Positions 9,330-20,061 of a stretch of 48,884 bases of DNA are shown here, piece by piece; the stretch's first letter is position 1; the number at the start of each line of letters is the position of its first letter. The DNA comes from an uncultured virus (IMG/VR IMGVR_UViG_2061766007_001136) (lineage: Duplodnaviria > Heunggongvirae > Uroviricota > Caudoviricetes). Made by a program: the position numbers and the translations under genes. The stretch lies in the IMG/VR virus record IMGVR_UViG_2061766007_001136; one strand, given 5' to 3'. The notes below the pieces were generated by a model that was not told where the DNA came from, made no database searches, and worked only from the letters and a program-made list of their open reading frames with translations.

Positions 9330-9887
9330 ATGGCAACTACTAAATATTTAGATTATGATGGGCTACTTTACTTTTGGACATTAGTTAAAGGTAAGTTAGC
9401 TCTTAAAGCTGATAAAGCTACTACTTTATCTGGGTATGGCATTACAGATGCTAACATTAANNNNNNNNNNNNNNNNNNNNNNNNNNNNNNNNNNNNNNNN
9501 NNNNNNNNNNNNNNNNNNNNNNNNNNNNNNNNNNNNNNNNNNNGTGGTGTTACTGCAGGTACTTATAAATCTGTTACAGTTAATGCTAAAGGTATAGTTA
9601 CTGCAGGAAGTAATCCTACTACTCTTAATGGATATGGTATTACTGATGCTTATACTAANNNNNNNNNNNNNNNNNNNNNNNNNNNNNNNNNTGCTATGCA
9701 TTATAAAGGAAGTGTTGCTGCTGTATCTAATCTTCCTAGTACAGGCAATGCAGTAGGTGATTTTTATAATGTCACTGCTACAGGTGAAAACTATGCTTGG
9801 ACAGGTTCTGATTGGGATGTAACTGGTAGTATAGTTGATCTTCAATCTATTACTAATGCTGAAATTGATACTATTATAGCTAGCTAA
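9330..9887 (+). CDS. fibre protein (head/tail fibre segment)
   Basis: N-terminal YLDYDGLLYFW; TTL.GYGITDA and GTYKSVTVNAKG repeats; C-terminal ITNAEIDTII. Confidence 0.75.
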   Translation: MATTKYLDYDGLLYFWTLVKGKLALKADKATTLSGYGITDANIXXXXXXXXXXXXXXXXXXXXXXXXXXXXXGVTAGTYKSVTVNAKGIVTAGSNPTTLNGYGITDAYTXXXXXXXXXXXXAMHYKGSVAAVSNLPSTGNAVGDFYNVTATGENYAWTGSDWDVTGSIVDLQSITNAEIDTIIAS

Positions 9888-9897
9888 GGAGATAGTT

Positions 9898-12579
9898 ATG
9901 GCTTCTANNNNNNNNNNNNNNNNNNNNNNNNNNNNNNNNNNNNNNNNNNGATGGGTTAATAGTTCTAATGCTAATGTTGTTCATAGGACGGGAGACGAGA
10001 CCGTTCAGGGCGTGAAGGTCTTTTCCAATGCACATGCGACAGATCCGGTTTCTTCTCCTGACTTGCGGGCTTCTTCCATAATTATTAAAAGCCCTGACCT
10101 TGTTAGAGGCGTGCTGCCGGAATATAAACGCCATGTGAATTTGCAGCTTGTAGATTCTACAGGAACAGACGTTGGACAGACAGGCCGTCTTGGAAGCATG
10201 GAGTACGAAGCTCCAATGCAAGGTGGAGATGGTCATTATGGCGTCTATATCCGCNNNNNNNNNNNNNNNNNNNNNNNNNNNNNNCCGAATCCTTCTACCG
10301 GCACTGCCTTGTTCGTTGGCTACGACAAGGATGAAATTCCTTACTCTACTGCCCCTGCTACATCTGATGAACGTACAGATTCAACTGATATTGTGACCAG
10401 AGGCTACATGGAAGCCTCAGAATGGAACTGGCAGAAGACGAAGAAGGCAGTGGCAGTCGCGTTCAAGCCTGTTCCCGAATCTGACTTGGAGCCTGTCGTT
10501 GACTTCATGTTCACGGAAACTCCTCCTGCCGAAGGAGAGAAGGGGCCGGAGAATCCGAGCACTATTGCTGGCGTGTCAAGCGCAAATGTAGGACGAATAG
10601 GGAAAAATCAGCTTTTGAAGGTCAATAGCTTTAACTGGCTGGGGCTTGATGTAACGGCTAATTCGGATGGAAGCTATACTTTCAATGGAACTATTTCTAC
10701 ATCTTCATACAGTGTAAAAGCATTTACAGACAGTTCTACATCTTTTTCGAGTACAAAAAGTTCTGTGCATTTAGATCCAAACAAAAACTATACACTATCA
10801 TGTGAGCTTGTTTCGGGTTCTGTTTCTTTATCAAACCCAGATGGGGTTAAACCGTCTATTGTGTATGGATATTCGGATTCTGCTGGCGGTTCTTTATTCG
10901 TACACTTGCCTTTGACTGTTGGGAAAAATAGTCAACATAGTCTTGCAAAAACGACTAGCAATGGTGAGTTTATTGCAAGAGTACAGCAGTTTCAGTCTGC
11001 TACATTTACAAATGCTGTATACAGGTTCCAGCTTGAAGAAGGCAACGTCGCTACCGACTTTGAAGCGCCCATGCTTCCAGCCGATGCTANNNNNNNNNNN
11101 NNNNNNNNNNNNNNNNNNNNNNNNNNNNNNNNNNNNNNNNNNNNNNNNNNNNNNNNNNNNNNNNNNNNNNNNNNNNNNNNNNNNNNNNNNNNNNNNNNNN
11201 NNNNNNNNNNNNNNNNNNNNNGTCTCAATTTGGTCCATGTAAAGTTTTTGGCTATCAAGAATCTGCCGGATATAATGGTTCCAGTTATTTCTGCAATATG
11301 TATGATTGGGATAGAACTGGTACTACAGTTAGTTATCATTTTTCTAGATCTACTTTTTCCCTTTCAGTATCTGCGTCTTCTGCTGAAGAAGCTAATACAT
11401 ATATAACAAATTTAGTTGCTGAAAAATATGCCGCCGGAACACCGATTGTTTGTGGTTATCCTCTTGAAACACCCTACACAGTTCAGCTCACTCCTACCCA
11501 GATCCGTTCCCTCTCCGCTCTCGACAAGTACGAGCCGAGAATCAACACCGTTNNNNNNNNNNNNNNNNNNNNNNNNGGTCGGGTATCAGAGATATGTTGG
11601 AAACAGATTTTGGAAAGATGTTATTATAGATAAAACGAATCCTACTCTTTTCTTAGATGGTTCTGCTGATTCGACAAGAGACGATATTCAATTTAGAGTC
11701 AAAAATCAGCAAGGTGAGAAGAAGGTTCTTGCAGCGGTTAGGCTTGTTCCAACTGGAGCATTGATGATTGGTAGAGCTTCAGATCCTGCTGGGTATTGGT
11801 ATGATGGTGCTCATATTTCAATGTTTAAAACTGGTGGAATGTCTTTATATGTCAGAAATAACGATGGCTCGAAATCACATGTACTTGGATTAGACCTCTC
11901 AGGATCTCTTCTTTGGGATAATAAAGACATTACTGGTGATGTTCATACTACTGGTAGTAATGTAATAACTGCTTATGATTTTGCTTGGAGAAATAATGAT
12001 GCTTCAGGTATAAGCATTTCTGGCGGTTCTGCTGCAGGAAAAGGTGCTAGACTTGTTTTATGTGGTAAGAGTAATGCTAATAATCCTGGACAATTTATTT
12101 TGCATGCAAACAATGACAATGGTAGCGATATAAAGCTAATAGGTAATCCTAGCGGAACATTTTCATGGAACGGCCAGACTATTCAAACTACCTCCGATGA
12201 ACGTCTGAAGACTACCCTTTCCGAAGTTCCTGACGCTATTCTCGATGCGTGGGAGGAAGTGAACTGGGGGCAGTTCCAGTATCTCGATGCTGTGAAAGTC
12301 AAAGGTGAATCTGCCCGCCTTCACCTTGGCTTGATTGCTCAGCATGTTATGTCCGTTTTTAGTAAGCATGGGCTTGATGCTTGCGAGTATGGCATTCTCT
12401 GTCATGAAGCACACGAAGCTACAGAAGATTCAGAGGCTATAGATCTCTGGATGGTTCGCTACGCCGAAGCTCAGGCAATGGAAGCCTGCTGCGTGCGTAG
12501 AGAAAACGCACGGCTGAAGAAGCGTGTAGCTGACCTTGAGGAGAGGCTGGAAGCCCTTGAGCTTCTTCTGAAATCGTAA
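9898..12579 (+). CDS. tail fibre/spike with C-terminal intramolecular chaperone (peptidase S74); one gene split by gaps
   Basis: The ORF-track frames join across N gaps; VVHRTGDET..G.K.F motif, FQLEEGNVATDFE module, TSDERLK...HLGLIAQ...RY.E and a terminal coiled coil. Confidence 0.8.
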
Positions 12580-12652
12580 TAAGGTTTTTACAGGTATAAA
12601 GGAGCTTTGGTTTTATACCTTTAAAACTCTCTTATACTAAGGAGAATTTAAT

Positions 12653-13420
12653 ATGAGTGATTCAGTTATGATTCCTGCTATGGACGGTACAGGTTTTGGT
12701 GGTGCAGGAATGGGTGCTGGATTTATCGGTGGCTTAGTCCTTGGTTCCATCTGGAATGGTGGATGGGGAGGATGGGGCAACAATGGTCGTGGTGCCATGC
12801 AGGCAGGTGCTGACGTTGCTCTTGCCAATGCCATTGAGCATGTTGGGGATCAAGTGAATCAAGGGACCATTTCTGCCCTTCAAAGCTCTAATCAGCTTGG
12901 ACTTCAGATTGCCAACTCCAATGCTGGAACTGTCAATGCTGTGAATCAGAATACCATTGCAGGCATGCAGGGTACTGCTCAGCTTGCTCAGCAGCTTTGC
13001 TGTTCTACTGGTCGCCTTAGTCAGGAGATTGACCAGACAGGCGACATGACCAATGCAGCCATCAATCAGGTCAATATCCAGAGCATGCAGAACACTCAGG
13101 CTCTTGGCGAAAAGCTTTGTGCTATTAACAATAATATTACTAGCCAAGGCTATGAGAACCGTCTGCAGGCTCAGGCTTTAGCCTCTCAGCTTCAGGCTCA
13201 GCATGCACAGCTTAGCGCTCAGATCTCCGATGAAAACTGCAAGGACCGTGAACTTATGCGTGAGATTGCTGCTCAGAACGTCCGTGATCAGCTTGCTCAG
13301 GCTCAGGCTCAAAATGCTGCTCTTGTTGCTCAGATCAATCTTCAGAGTCAGCTTCAGCAGCAGACTCTCTACCTTGTCGATCAGTTGAAGCNNNNNNNNN
13401 NNNNNNNNNNNNNNNNNTAG
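12653..13420 (+). CDS. Gly/Trp-rich N-terminus plus long Gln/Asn coiled-coil protein (conserved phage hypothetical)
   Basis: GGWGGWGNNG segment, QLCC, Q/N-rich heptads; AAGGAG RBS. Confidence 0.8.
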   Translation: MSDSVMIPAMDGTGFGGAGMGAGFIGGLVLGSIWNGGWGGWGNNGRGAMQAGADVALANAIEHVGDQVNQGTISALQSSNQLGLQIANSNAGTVNAVNQNTIAGMQGTAQLAQQLCCSTGRLSQEIDQTGDMTNAAINQVNIQSMQNTQALGEKLCAINNNITSQGYENRLQAQALASQLQAQHAQLSAQISDENCKDRELMREIAAQNVRDQLAQAQAQNAALVAQINLQSQLQQQTLYLVDQLKXXXXXXXXX

Positions 13421-13426
13421 ATTCCT

Positions 13427-13464
13427 AAGGAGCTTTACTAAAATCTAGTAAGGCTCCTATTTTT
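13427..13464 (+). terminator. intrinsic terminator
   Basis: AGGAGCTTTACTA-AAATC-TAGTAAGGCTCCT followed by ATTTTT. Confidence 0.65.
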
Positions 13465-13480
13465 GTATAAGGAGTACACT

Positions 13481-13999
13481 ATGCGTATAGTTAAGATACC
13501 TCTTATTAATTGGTGTCATAAAGATTCTTGTACTACAGATAAAACTAAGGAACAATTAGAAGAGGCTATAGAACATGCAAGGTCTACTCAAATTATTGGA
13601 ACTATTAGCAAATCTGGTAAAGTCTCTCAAAGCACTGCAAAAGAAATAACTGAAAAAGATCATGATAAAGCAGTAAAAGCTCTTATAGAAAAAGTTAAAG
13701 CTAAAGCCTATGAAGAAGCTAAGATGCATTTCGATGCAGAAAAGAAGGAATGGACAAAGGACAAGCCTAAAGACTGGGCTTTCATGGAGCAGTCTGGAAA
13801 GGTCTTGAAGGATTATCCTGCTACATGGATGCAGTATCCAAACACTGTGGAAGGTGCTAGAGCCATTGTCGAGATGGAGTACGGAGAGGTCATGGCTGCA
13901 TGCAGGGATCAGCTAGGAGCGGAGGCTGTGAGCCATGAACTGGTCCATCTGGCCTCTGCCTGCCTGCTTATGTGGAGGAAGCTGAACCATGCTGAATAG
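13481..13999 (+). CDS. hypothetical protein with possible C-terminal MazG-like all-alpha motif
   Basis: EMEYGEV...ELVHLASAC resembles the ExxE...EL motif; AAGGAG RBS. Confidence 0.5.
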   Translation: MRIVKIPLINWCHKDSCTTDKTKEQLEEAIEHARSTQIIGTISKSGKVSQSTAKEITEKDHDKAVKALIEKVKAKAYEEAKMHFDAEKKEWTKDKPKDWAFMEQSGKVLKDYPATWMQYPNTVEGARAIVEMEYGEVMAACRDQLGAEAVSHELVHLASACLLMWRKLNHAE

Positions 14000-14569
14000 C
14001 ACCCCGAATACGGCCTCTCAGGGCCTCTCTCAGCCACTTCTGGGGCAGACCCCTATACCTAGTGCCTACATGGCTCCGATGGCTCCTAGGGCCGTTCTAG
14101 GGCTCACACAGGTGGAACGGTTCGAGCCTGTGAAAGAGTTCGNNNNNNNNNNNNNNNNNNNNNNNNNNTGACCAAGGCTAGCTATGATTCCACCAGAGAC
14201 GTTCCTGACCCTAAGGCTGTTCAGATAACGGACTACTGGAACCATGAAGTTCCTAACATCAAGCAGAAGGTCTATATCTACGTCGTGGAAGGAATCAGAA
14301 TGCCTAGGGTGGAGATTGAACAGCCTTCCAGGATTCTCTACCAGTGGTTTAGTGCAGTCTTTATTCCTAAGTTCGATCCTACAATGATAACGGATAGAGA
14401 ATGGTTAAGAGCTAATGTTTATTCTGCTTCAATAGGTGACACTAGGATGAGCAAGCTTAATGCTCTGTGTAAAGTAAAGGAGACTAAGGCTTCTGAGCCT
14501 GCTAAAGCTGAAGAGGAAGCCTTGCTAAGAGTGGAGGAGTTAGGTAATGGATCTTCTGAAGGAAATTAA
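13989..14569 (+). CDS. hypothetical protein (one gene across the 14143-14168 gap)
   Basis: After the gap the frame TKASYDSTRDVPD... continues into the 14285 ORF. Confidence 0.6.
14005..14115. repeat. dispersed periodic element 2 (strong-gyrase-site-like), intragenic
   Basis: TCAG 14018, TCAG 14030, CTGG 14040 / CTAG 14086, CTAG 14097, CAGG 14109. Confidence 0.5.
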
Positions 14570-14739
14570 GGAGTATGTAGAAAATGATGACAGAACACCT
14601 AGTGAACAGTTGTCATACATAAAAAGGCAAGGGATTATGATGATGGCTAGTCCTAGGCTCTATAAGGATCATGTAGTCACTTTCTGTGGTTCTCTAATTA
14701 AGTTATNNNNNNNNNNNNNNNNNNNNNNNNNNNNNNNNN
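14547..14739 (+). CDS. small hypothetical protein (stop probably in gap)
   Basis: GGAGGAG RBS; the track fuses it to the next gene only through Ns. Confidence 0.5.
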
Positions 14740-14747
14740 GAAATCAC

Positions 14748-17675
14748 ATGTCGTACTTAAACTACGATGGGTTAGCCTACTTCAAGTCTAAGCTTACTAA
14801 CTGGGTTGATCAGAACTATCTTAGCAAAACTAACACAGGTAACTTAACTGTTGCTGGCAATGTTACTTTTACTAAGTCTATTACTGGTGACTTAGACGGT
14901 AAAGCTAAGAAGGATTGGTTAGGTCAGAAGATAGACGAAACTTATATTAAAAGCATTGCTACAAACGACAATGCAGGAACTATTGTCTATACTAAGGGCA
15001 ATGGCTCTATCAACCATATCCTTATTGATCTTTTACAGGGTGCTACTCCCATTGCTAATGGTAGAGCTGGTTTAGTTCCTGCTCCTACAGTCTCTGAGAT
15101 GAACTACTTCCTCAGAGGTGATGGTAACTGGGCTGTTCCTACTGATGTTTATGTCAATCAGAACCTCATTGCTTCTAGCAACAATAACCAATTCCCTGTT
15201 CTTTTAAGTGGTACTTCTGGTACTCCTGCTACCAAGACTAATGCTACAGTTGGTTATACCAATGTTGTCAGTGTTAATCCTCTGACTAATGCTTTAATGG
15301 CTAGTCAGTTCATTTCTAAGCATCCTACCTACAATCGTCAAAGCACTGTTACTTCCAAGGTTCAGTACTCTTTAAACTTTACTGATATTGTTTCTGGTGC
15401 TGGACATAACCTTGGTGAAGTTGTCGGCTATGTGGACACCGTAGCTAATGGTGGTGAGCATGAACTTGGACTTAGGCTTTTTGGTAATCCTAATGTTCAA
15501 GGTACAGAAGAAGATTATGTCTACATGGGTGTTGGTCTTAGCAAGACTAATGTTGCCTATGGTCATGCTCCTTCCACTCCTCTTCCTTCTGCTCATAATG
15601 AACCTACTGACATTATCACTAGGGATTGGTTAGCTAGGAATGGTTCTGAGACAGGTCTTGTTCATACTTCTATGAACGAGACTATTGGTGGTATTAAGAC
15701 TTTTACTGATGAGACTAGGAATACTTCCTCTGTAGGTATTACTACAACCAAGCTTACTGCTTCTGGCAAGATTACAGGTACTGGTACTGCTGAGATTAGT
15801 GGTGGTTCTGGTAATACTCCTAGCCTTAAAGTTACTGGTAATGAAACAGTTACTGGTGATTTAAGTGTTGGTGGTAATGAAACTGTTACAGGGAATATTT
15901 CTACTACTAACGGTAATGTCTCTACTACTAATGGTACTGTTAGCGGTAAGACAGGTTCTATTGGTACTGGTGGTTTAACAGTTACTGGACCTAGTAATCT
16001 TAATGGTAAAATTACTGCTGGTAACGGTTTAGATGTTACTGGCAATACAGAAACAGATACTCTTACAGTTAATACTAATGAAACTGTTGGTGGTACATTA
16101 ACTGTTACTGGTAAAATTACTGGTAATGGTGGTGCAGCTATTAGTGGTGGTAATGGTTTACAGGTTACAGGAAATGAAACTGTTACAGGTAAATTAACTG
16201 CTGAAGATTTAGAAGCTACTGATGATTTGACTGTTGGAGATACCGCTACTGTTGGTGGTCAGATTCTTAAGAAAACAGGCACTAACACTACTCAAGAATA
16301 TGTTAGCTATGTTACTAATCAGCAGGAAACTCGTAATACTATCATAACTAATGTAGTTAAACCTAATGGTGGTTTAGCTGTTGTTTCTTCTGGTGCTGAT
16401 AAGGNNNNNNNNNNNNNNNNTACTGGTTTAAGTATTAATAGTAATGGTAAAATTAATGTTGATTTTGAAGATTTAGATCCTGATGAAGTTGCTAAGATTG
16501 TTAGAGGAATGATTCCGATTGAAAATGGAAAATATATCGGAGGTCTTTCTGTTATTCCTCTCGAAGATGAAACAAATGGTGGTAAACTAATTGTTGATTT
16601 TGGTAGTATGCCTACAGGTAAATTTGAAGAAATGCTTCAAAAATTGCATTTACCAGTATGGGTAGGTGAAGTTAATGGTGAAAGTTATGTTGGTACAAAT
16701 TTTTATGTAGATTTTGAAACTGGTACGAATACAACAGCAAATGGTCAAGGTAGATCTGAAGATAAACCTTGGAAAACTATTGCTTATGCTACACAAACAT
16801 TAGCTAAAAATTATAATATCAGTAATAAAGAAGTTATTATTAATGTTTCTGGTGGTACTTATACAGATCCTGTAGCATTACCTTTATTACAGCGTACTAC
16901 AGGTAAAGTGTATATCCGTCCAAAAACAGCTAATGATGTTGTAAATATAGAATGGACATGTGTTTCTTCTGGTGCTAGCACTATTCACCATAGCGGTGGT
17001 TCTTGGGTTATTGATAATTNNNNNNNNNNNNNNNNNNNNNNNNNNNNNNNNNNNNNNNNNNCGTATTATTATTATCCTCACTTAATTAATTCTACAGATA
17101 ATACTGGTGGAGTATCTTTAAGAAGCTGTAATTTCTCATTTGTAGATAATACAGTTCCAGTTGATTCTACTCATGGGCTTTGTGAAGCACGTCTTATTTG
17201 TGCTTCAAGGGGTAATATTCAAATTTCTAATGATGGTTTTTATGGTGACCATTCTACTGTTGCAGGACGTACTACTACTTGGTCTGGCACTAAGACTAAT
17301 GCTAACATCTTATGGATTCACGGTGAATTTGGCGGTAATGTTACTTTTTGGAGTGGTGGTCAGGAATACAATTTACCATATACTTATGCAGTATCTGGAA
17401 AGTGGACTAGATTTGCAAACCTACTTTCTAAGAGTCAAATTACATCCAATGGTGTTGGTCCTCATGCTGTATTTTCCTATGACATCACTCAAATCGGTAG
17501 AGGAAGTCAGGGCTACTATATAAGTAGTGGTGCATCTGCTTCTACAGGTACTAATTCTGTAGAAGCTAGAGAAAACTATTTCCCAAGAGGATATATTACT
17601 ACAGAAGGTTCTGACACTCCTGTATCTAACTACTGTGATTCGTCTCAATTTAGTTATATTTCACCTACTAGCTAA
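14748..17675 (+). CDS. long tail fibre/adhesin
   Basis: Start MSYLNYDGLAYFK; GLVPAP...FLRGDGNW; LxVTGNETVTG repeats; FYVD...G.....G.SEDKPWKTI..A motif preceding a beta-helix-like region. Confidence 0.8.
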   Translation: MSYLNYDGLAYFKSKLTNWVDQNYLSKTNTGNLTVAGNVTFTKSITGDLDGKAKKDWLGQKIDETYIKSIATNDNAGTIVYTKGNGSINHILIDLLQGATPIANGRAGLVPAPTVSEMNYFLRGDGNWAVPTDVYVNQNLIASSNNNQFPVLLSGTSGTPATKTNATVGYTNVVSVNPLTNALMASQFISKHPTYNRQSTVTSKVQYSLNFTDIVSGAGHNLGEVVGYVDTVANGGEHELGLRLFGNPNVQGTEEDYVYMGVGLSKTNVAYGHAPSTPLPSAHNEPTDIITRDWLARNGSETGLVHTSMNETIGGIKTFTDETRNTSSVGITTTKLTASGKITGTGTAEISGGSGNTPSLKVTGNETVTGDLSVGGNETVTGNISTTNGNVSTTNGTVSGKTGSIGTGGLTVTGPSNLNGKITAGNGLDVTGNTETDTLTVNTNETVGGTLTVTGKITGNGGAAISGGNGLQVTGNETVTGKLTAEDLEATDDLTVGDTATVGGQILKKTGTNTTQEYVSYVTNQQETRNTIITNVVKPNGGLAVVSSGADKXXXXXXTGLSINSNGKINVDFEDLDPDEVAKIVRGMIPIENGKYIGGLSVIPLEDETNGGKLIVDFGSMPTGKFEEMLQKLHLPVWVGEVNGESYVGTNFYVDFETGTNTTANGQGRSEDKPWKTIAYATQTLAKNYNISNKEVIINVSGGTYTDPVALPLLQRTTGKVYIRPKTANDVVNIEWTCVSSGASTIHHSGGSWVIDNXXXXXXXXXXXXXXXYYYYPHLINSTDNTGGVSLRSCNFSFVDNTVPVDSTHGLCEARLICASRGNIQISNDGFYGDHSTVAGRTTTWSGTKTNANILWIHGEFGGNVTFWSGGQEYNLPYTYAVSGKWTRFANLLSKSQITSNGVGPHAVFSYDITQIGRGSQGYYISSGASASTGTNSVEARENYFPRGYITTEGSDTPVSNYCDSSQFSYISPTS

Positions 17676-17680
17676 TAGTT

Positions 17681-18268
17681 ATGATAGTTCAAGATATTAT
17701 TTCTTTAATACAGATTAGATCTCAGCATATAGGAGTTACAGAAGATACTCATTCTATGATTATCTTTATTAATATGGCTCTTAGTGAACTCTATAGAAGA
17801 TTTAATCTGTCTATTAAATCAGAGACAATAGTTACCAATACAGATATAGCCTTGTATGAACTTAGAAATGAAGATGTACAGCTTTTACTTTCACTCTTTG
17901 AAAAAACTGGTAGAGAATTAGTTCAATCTGATGTGCTAGGAAGCTCTTGCTATGACTATAAATTAGTTAACTACAGGAGCTTCCTACTCAATAAACCTAA
18001 AGATGGCTATCTCTATGCTGTATACAAAGCTTCACCTATTCCTCTCAAAGATATAGAAGATAAAATACTTCTACCTGACTGCATGCTTAACCCTATGCTT
18101 ACTTATATATCTTATTTAACTAATGATACTATTAATAGAGATAATAAGAATGAAGCTACTATGTTCATGCAATTATTCGATAAGCAGTGTCAGGAACTTG
18201 AAAATCAAGGCTATAAGGTAGCATTGAATACTGAAACGCTAGCTGTACAGGCTAAAGGATTCGTATAA
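17681..18268 (+). CDS. head-tail adaptor, N4 gp67-like
   Basis: IN.AL.ELYRRF.L and I.LP...L..YI patterns; size and position. Confidence 0.65.
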   Translation: MIVQDIISLIQIRSQHIGVTEDTHSMIIFINMALSELYRRFNLSIKSETIVTNTDIALYELRNEDVQLLLSLFEKTGRELVQSDVLGSSCYDYKLVNYRSFLLNKPKDGYLYAVYKASPIPLKDIEDKILLPDCMLNPMLTYISYLTNDTINRDNKNEATMFMQLFDKQCQELENQGYKVALNTETLAVQAKGFV

Positions 18269-18708
18269 TGGCTGAGACAAAGTATAAGCAGTTTGTCTAT
18301 ATCAACCATGCCTGCTGCAATCCTCCGCATCACTATCATGGACCTTGCAATCCTTATATCTGTTATCCACATCCTTGTGGACACCAGATGAAGGGTGCAT
18401 TAAGCGAATTGAATACTGGAGATCCTGTCTTCTACTTCAAGCATAAAATGGATGGTACTGTTGTCTCAGTCTTCCATGTAAACATCATAGATCTTTTAGA
18501 TCGTGTGTTTGTTGCTGACGGTATGCGGTTCCTTAGTGAAGAGCAGGAAAGATACTTCAATGAGTACTTTACTCAGGCTGGCATAGTTACAGATAAACTT
18601 AACAAAGAAATACCTGATCCTTTTAATAACATGGATCAGACATTTATAGAACTAGATACCTTCTTAGGTAGCTACTTAGGAGTAGATCATGGGCCATATA
18701 CCCGGTAG
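18268..18708 (+). CDS. hypothetical protein with Cys/His/Pro-rich N-terminus
   Basis: HACCNPPHHYHGPCNPYICYPHPCGH; TAATG coupling to the upstream gene. Confidence 0.7.
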   Translation: MAETKYKQFVYINHACCNPPHHYHGPCNPYICYPHPCGHQMKGALSELNTGDPVFYFKHKMDGTVVSVFHVNIIDLLDRVFVADGMRFLSEEQERYFNEYFTQAGIVTDKLNKEIPDPFNNMDQTFIELDTFLGSYLGVDHGPYTR

Positions 18709-19343
18709 CAACTACGATCCCTCTCCTGCCCATAACTGCGGATGCGGTGACTTCCATCATCACCACCATCCCATGACATGCTGTTCCACTATGGTTCCTC
18801 CTGCCGTTCCTTNNNNNNNNNNNNNNTCACGGAATCATGGGCAGGGAGAACATGCATCTCTTCTTAGAAGAGAACTGCAACTCTAAAAACAGCTTCATCA
18901 GGAATGTGAACATTCTTGCTCTCAATGTCCATATTCTTCAGAGCGTGTTTGAACACATATGCGAGATCATGACGCTTGCATGCAACATGGAATCTCTGTG
19001 CATGATTGCCAATCACATCGACTATGTAAACTTCATAGCTAAGAATGTAGATTCTATCATTGCTTTAGTGTCTCAGAACACTGGCATGGCATTTAGCTTT
19101 ACCTGCTGCATGACTGTTGAGCAGGATCAGCCTACAGACTGCATAGTCACATTTAATGACGAGAATGCTGCATACCTTCCCTTTAGCGATACTCTCATGG
19201 TTTCCTACAACGGAGTTGAATGCTACAGGGATCTTCAGTTTGAAGAGATGGGTGAATACGGTGTTCTTTCCAATAAAGTCAGAATGCTGTTCCCTCTTAG
19301 AGAAGGTGATCAGCTTTTGTTTAGGGTTATCAACCATAACTAG
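18689..19343 (+). CDS. Cys/His-rich virion-type protein (one gene across gap)
   Basis: HNCGCGDFHHHHHPMTCC; C-terminal L.VSYNGV...F.E...V...FPL.EGD module. Confidence 0.6.
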
Positions 19344-19352
19344 GAGAATGTC

Positions 19353-19757
19353 ATGGGTACTTGCAACTGCAACTGCGTAGGAAGCAACATTGTCAGTGCT
19401 GGAAATGGAGTTAGCGGATGCCTTCCCAAGGCATACACTCCCAAGGCTACCGGCACATTAGTTGAAAGAGACATTAGGGACAGGTTTGCAGACATTGTTA
19501 ACGTCAAGGATTATGGTGCCAAGGGTGATCCTCAATACGATGACACTACTGCTTGGAATCATTTTCTCAGCGTTGAAAATGGCGTTAAATACATTCCTGC
19601 TGGAGACTACCGCGTTAGCGGTGAAATCAAGCATTTCCCTGAAGGCAGGATTGTGGGTTATGTTCGTGAACCTGAATTCATCACTCATGCTCAGATAGAC
19701 GCTATCTTTGCTTCTAACTGGAGCTATTCTCAAATCAATGATCCTGAATATCTCTAG
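19353..19757 (+). CDS. short tailspike head-binding-like protein
   Basis: ATGT...R.I.DRFADIVNVKDYGAKGD..DDT.A and YIPAGDY; ITHAQIDAIF near the C-terminus. Confidence 0.7.
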   Translation: MGTCNCNCVGSNIVSAGNGVSGCLPKAYTPKATGTLVERDIRDRFADIVNVKDYGAKGDPQYDDTTAWNHFLSVENGVKYIPAGDYRVSGEIKHFPEGRIVGYVREPEFITHAQIDAIFASNWSYSQINDPEYL

Positions 19758-19768
19758 GAGAATAAGTT

Positions 19769-20008
19769 ATGACTATGGAATCTAATTTCTACAGTGGCAA
19801 GGGTGTCAACTACAACCTTAACGGCAAGTATGTCACTGCTCTTGAATTTGCTCAGATGACAGAAGCCGTTCAAGCTCTGCAGGCTATTGTCGGCAGTGCA
19901 AATTCTGGCCTTGTGAAGGACGTGAACACCCTCAAGACTACAGTGGGCAACTCTTCTTCCGGCCTTGTCAAACGTGTCTCAGACCTAGAAGCCGCAATGG
20001 AAAGCTAG
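19769..20008 (+). CDS. small coiled-coil fibritin-like protein
   Basis: VG...SGLVK.V..L repeated twice. Confidence 0.6.
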   Translation: MTMESNFYSGKGVNYNLNGKYVTALEFAQMTEAVQALQAIVGSANSGLVKDVNTLKTTVGNSSSGLVKRVSDLEAAMES

Positions 20009-20061
20009 GACGGAGCTAGGGGACTAGGAAAAGCCTAGTCCCCTTCTCCTTTGGAGAAGCC

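Noticed and set aside
14547..17675. Single 1042-aa ORF
   Set aside because: It is fused through a gap; MSYLNYDGL at 14748 is a typical fibre start, shared with the 9330 gene.
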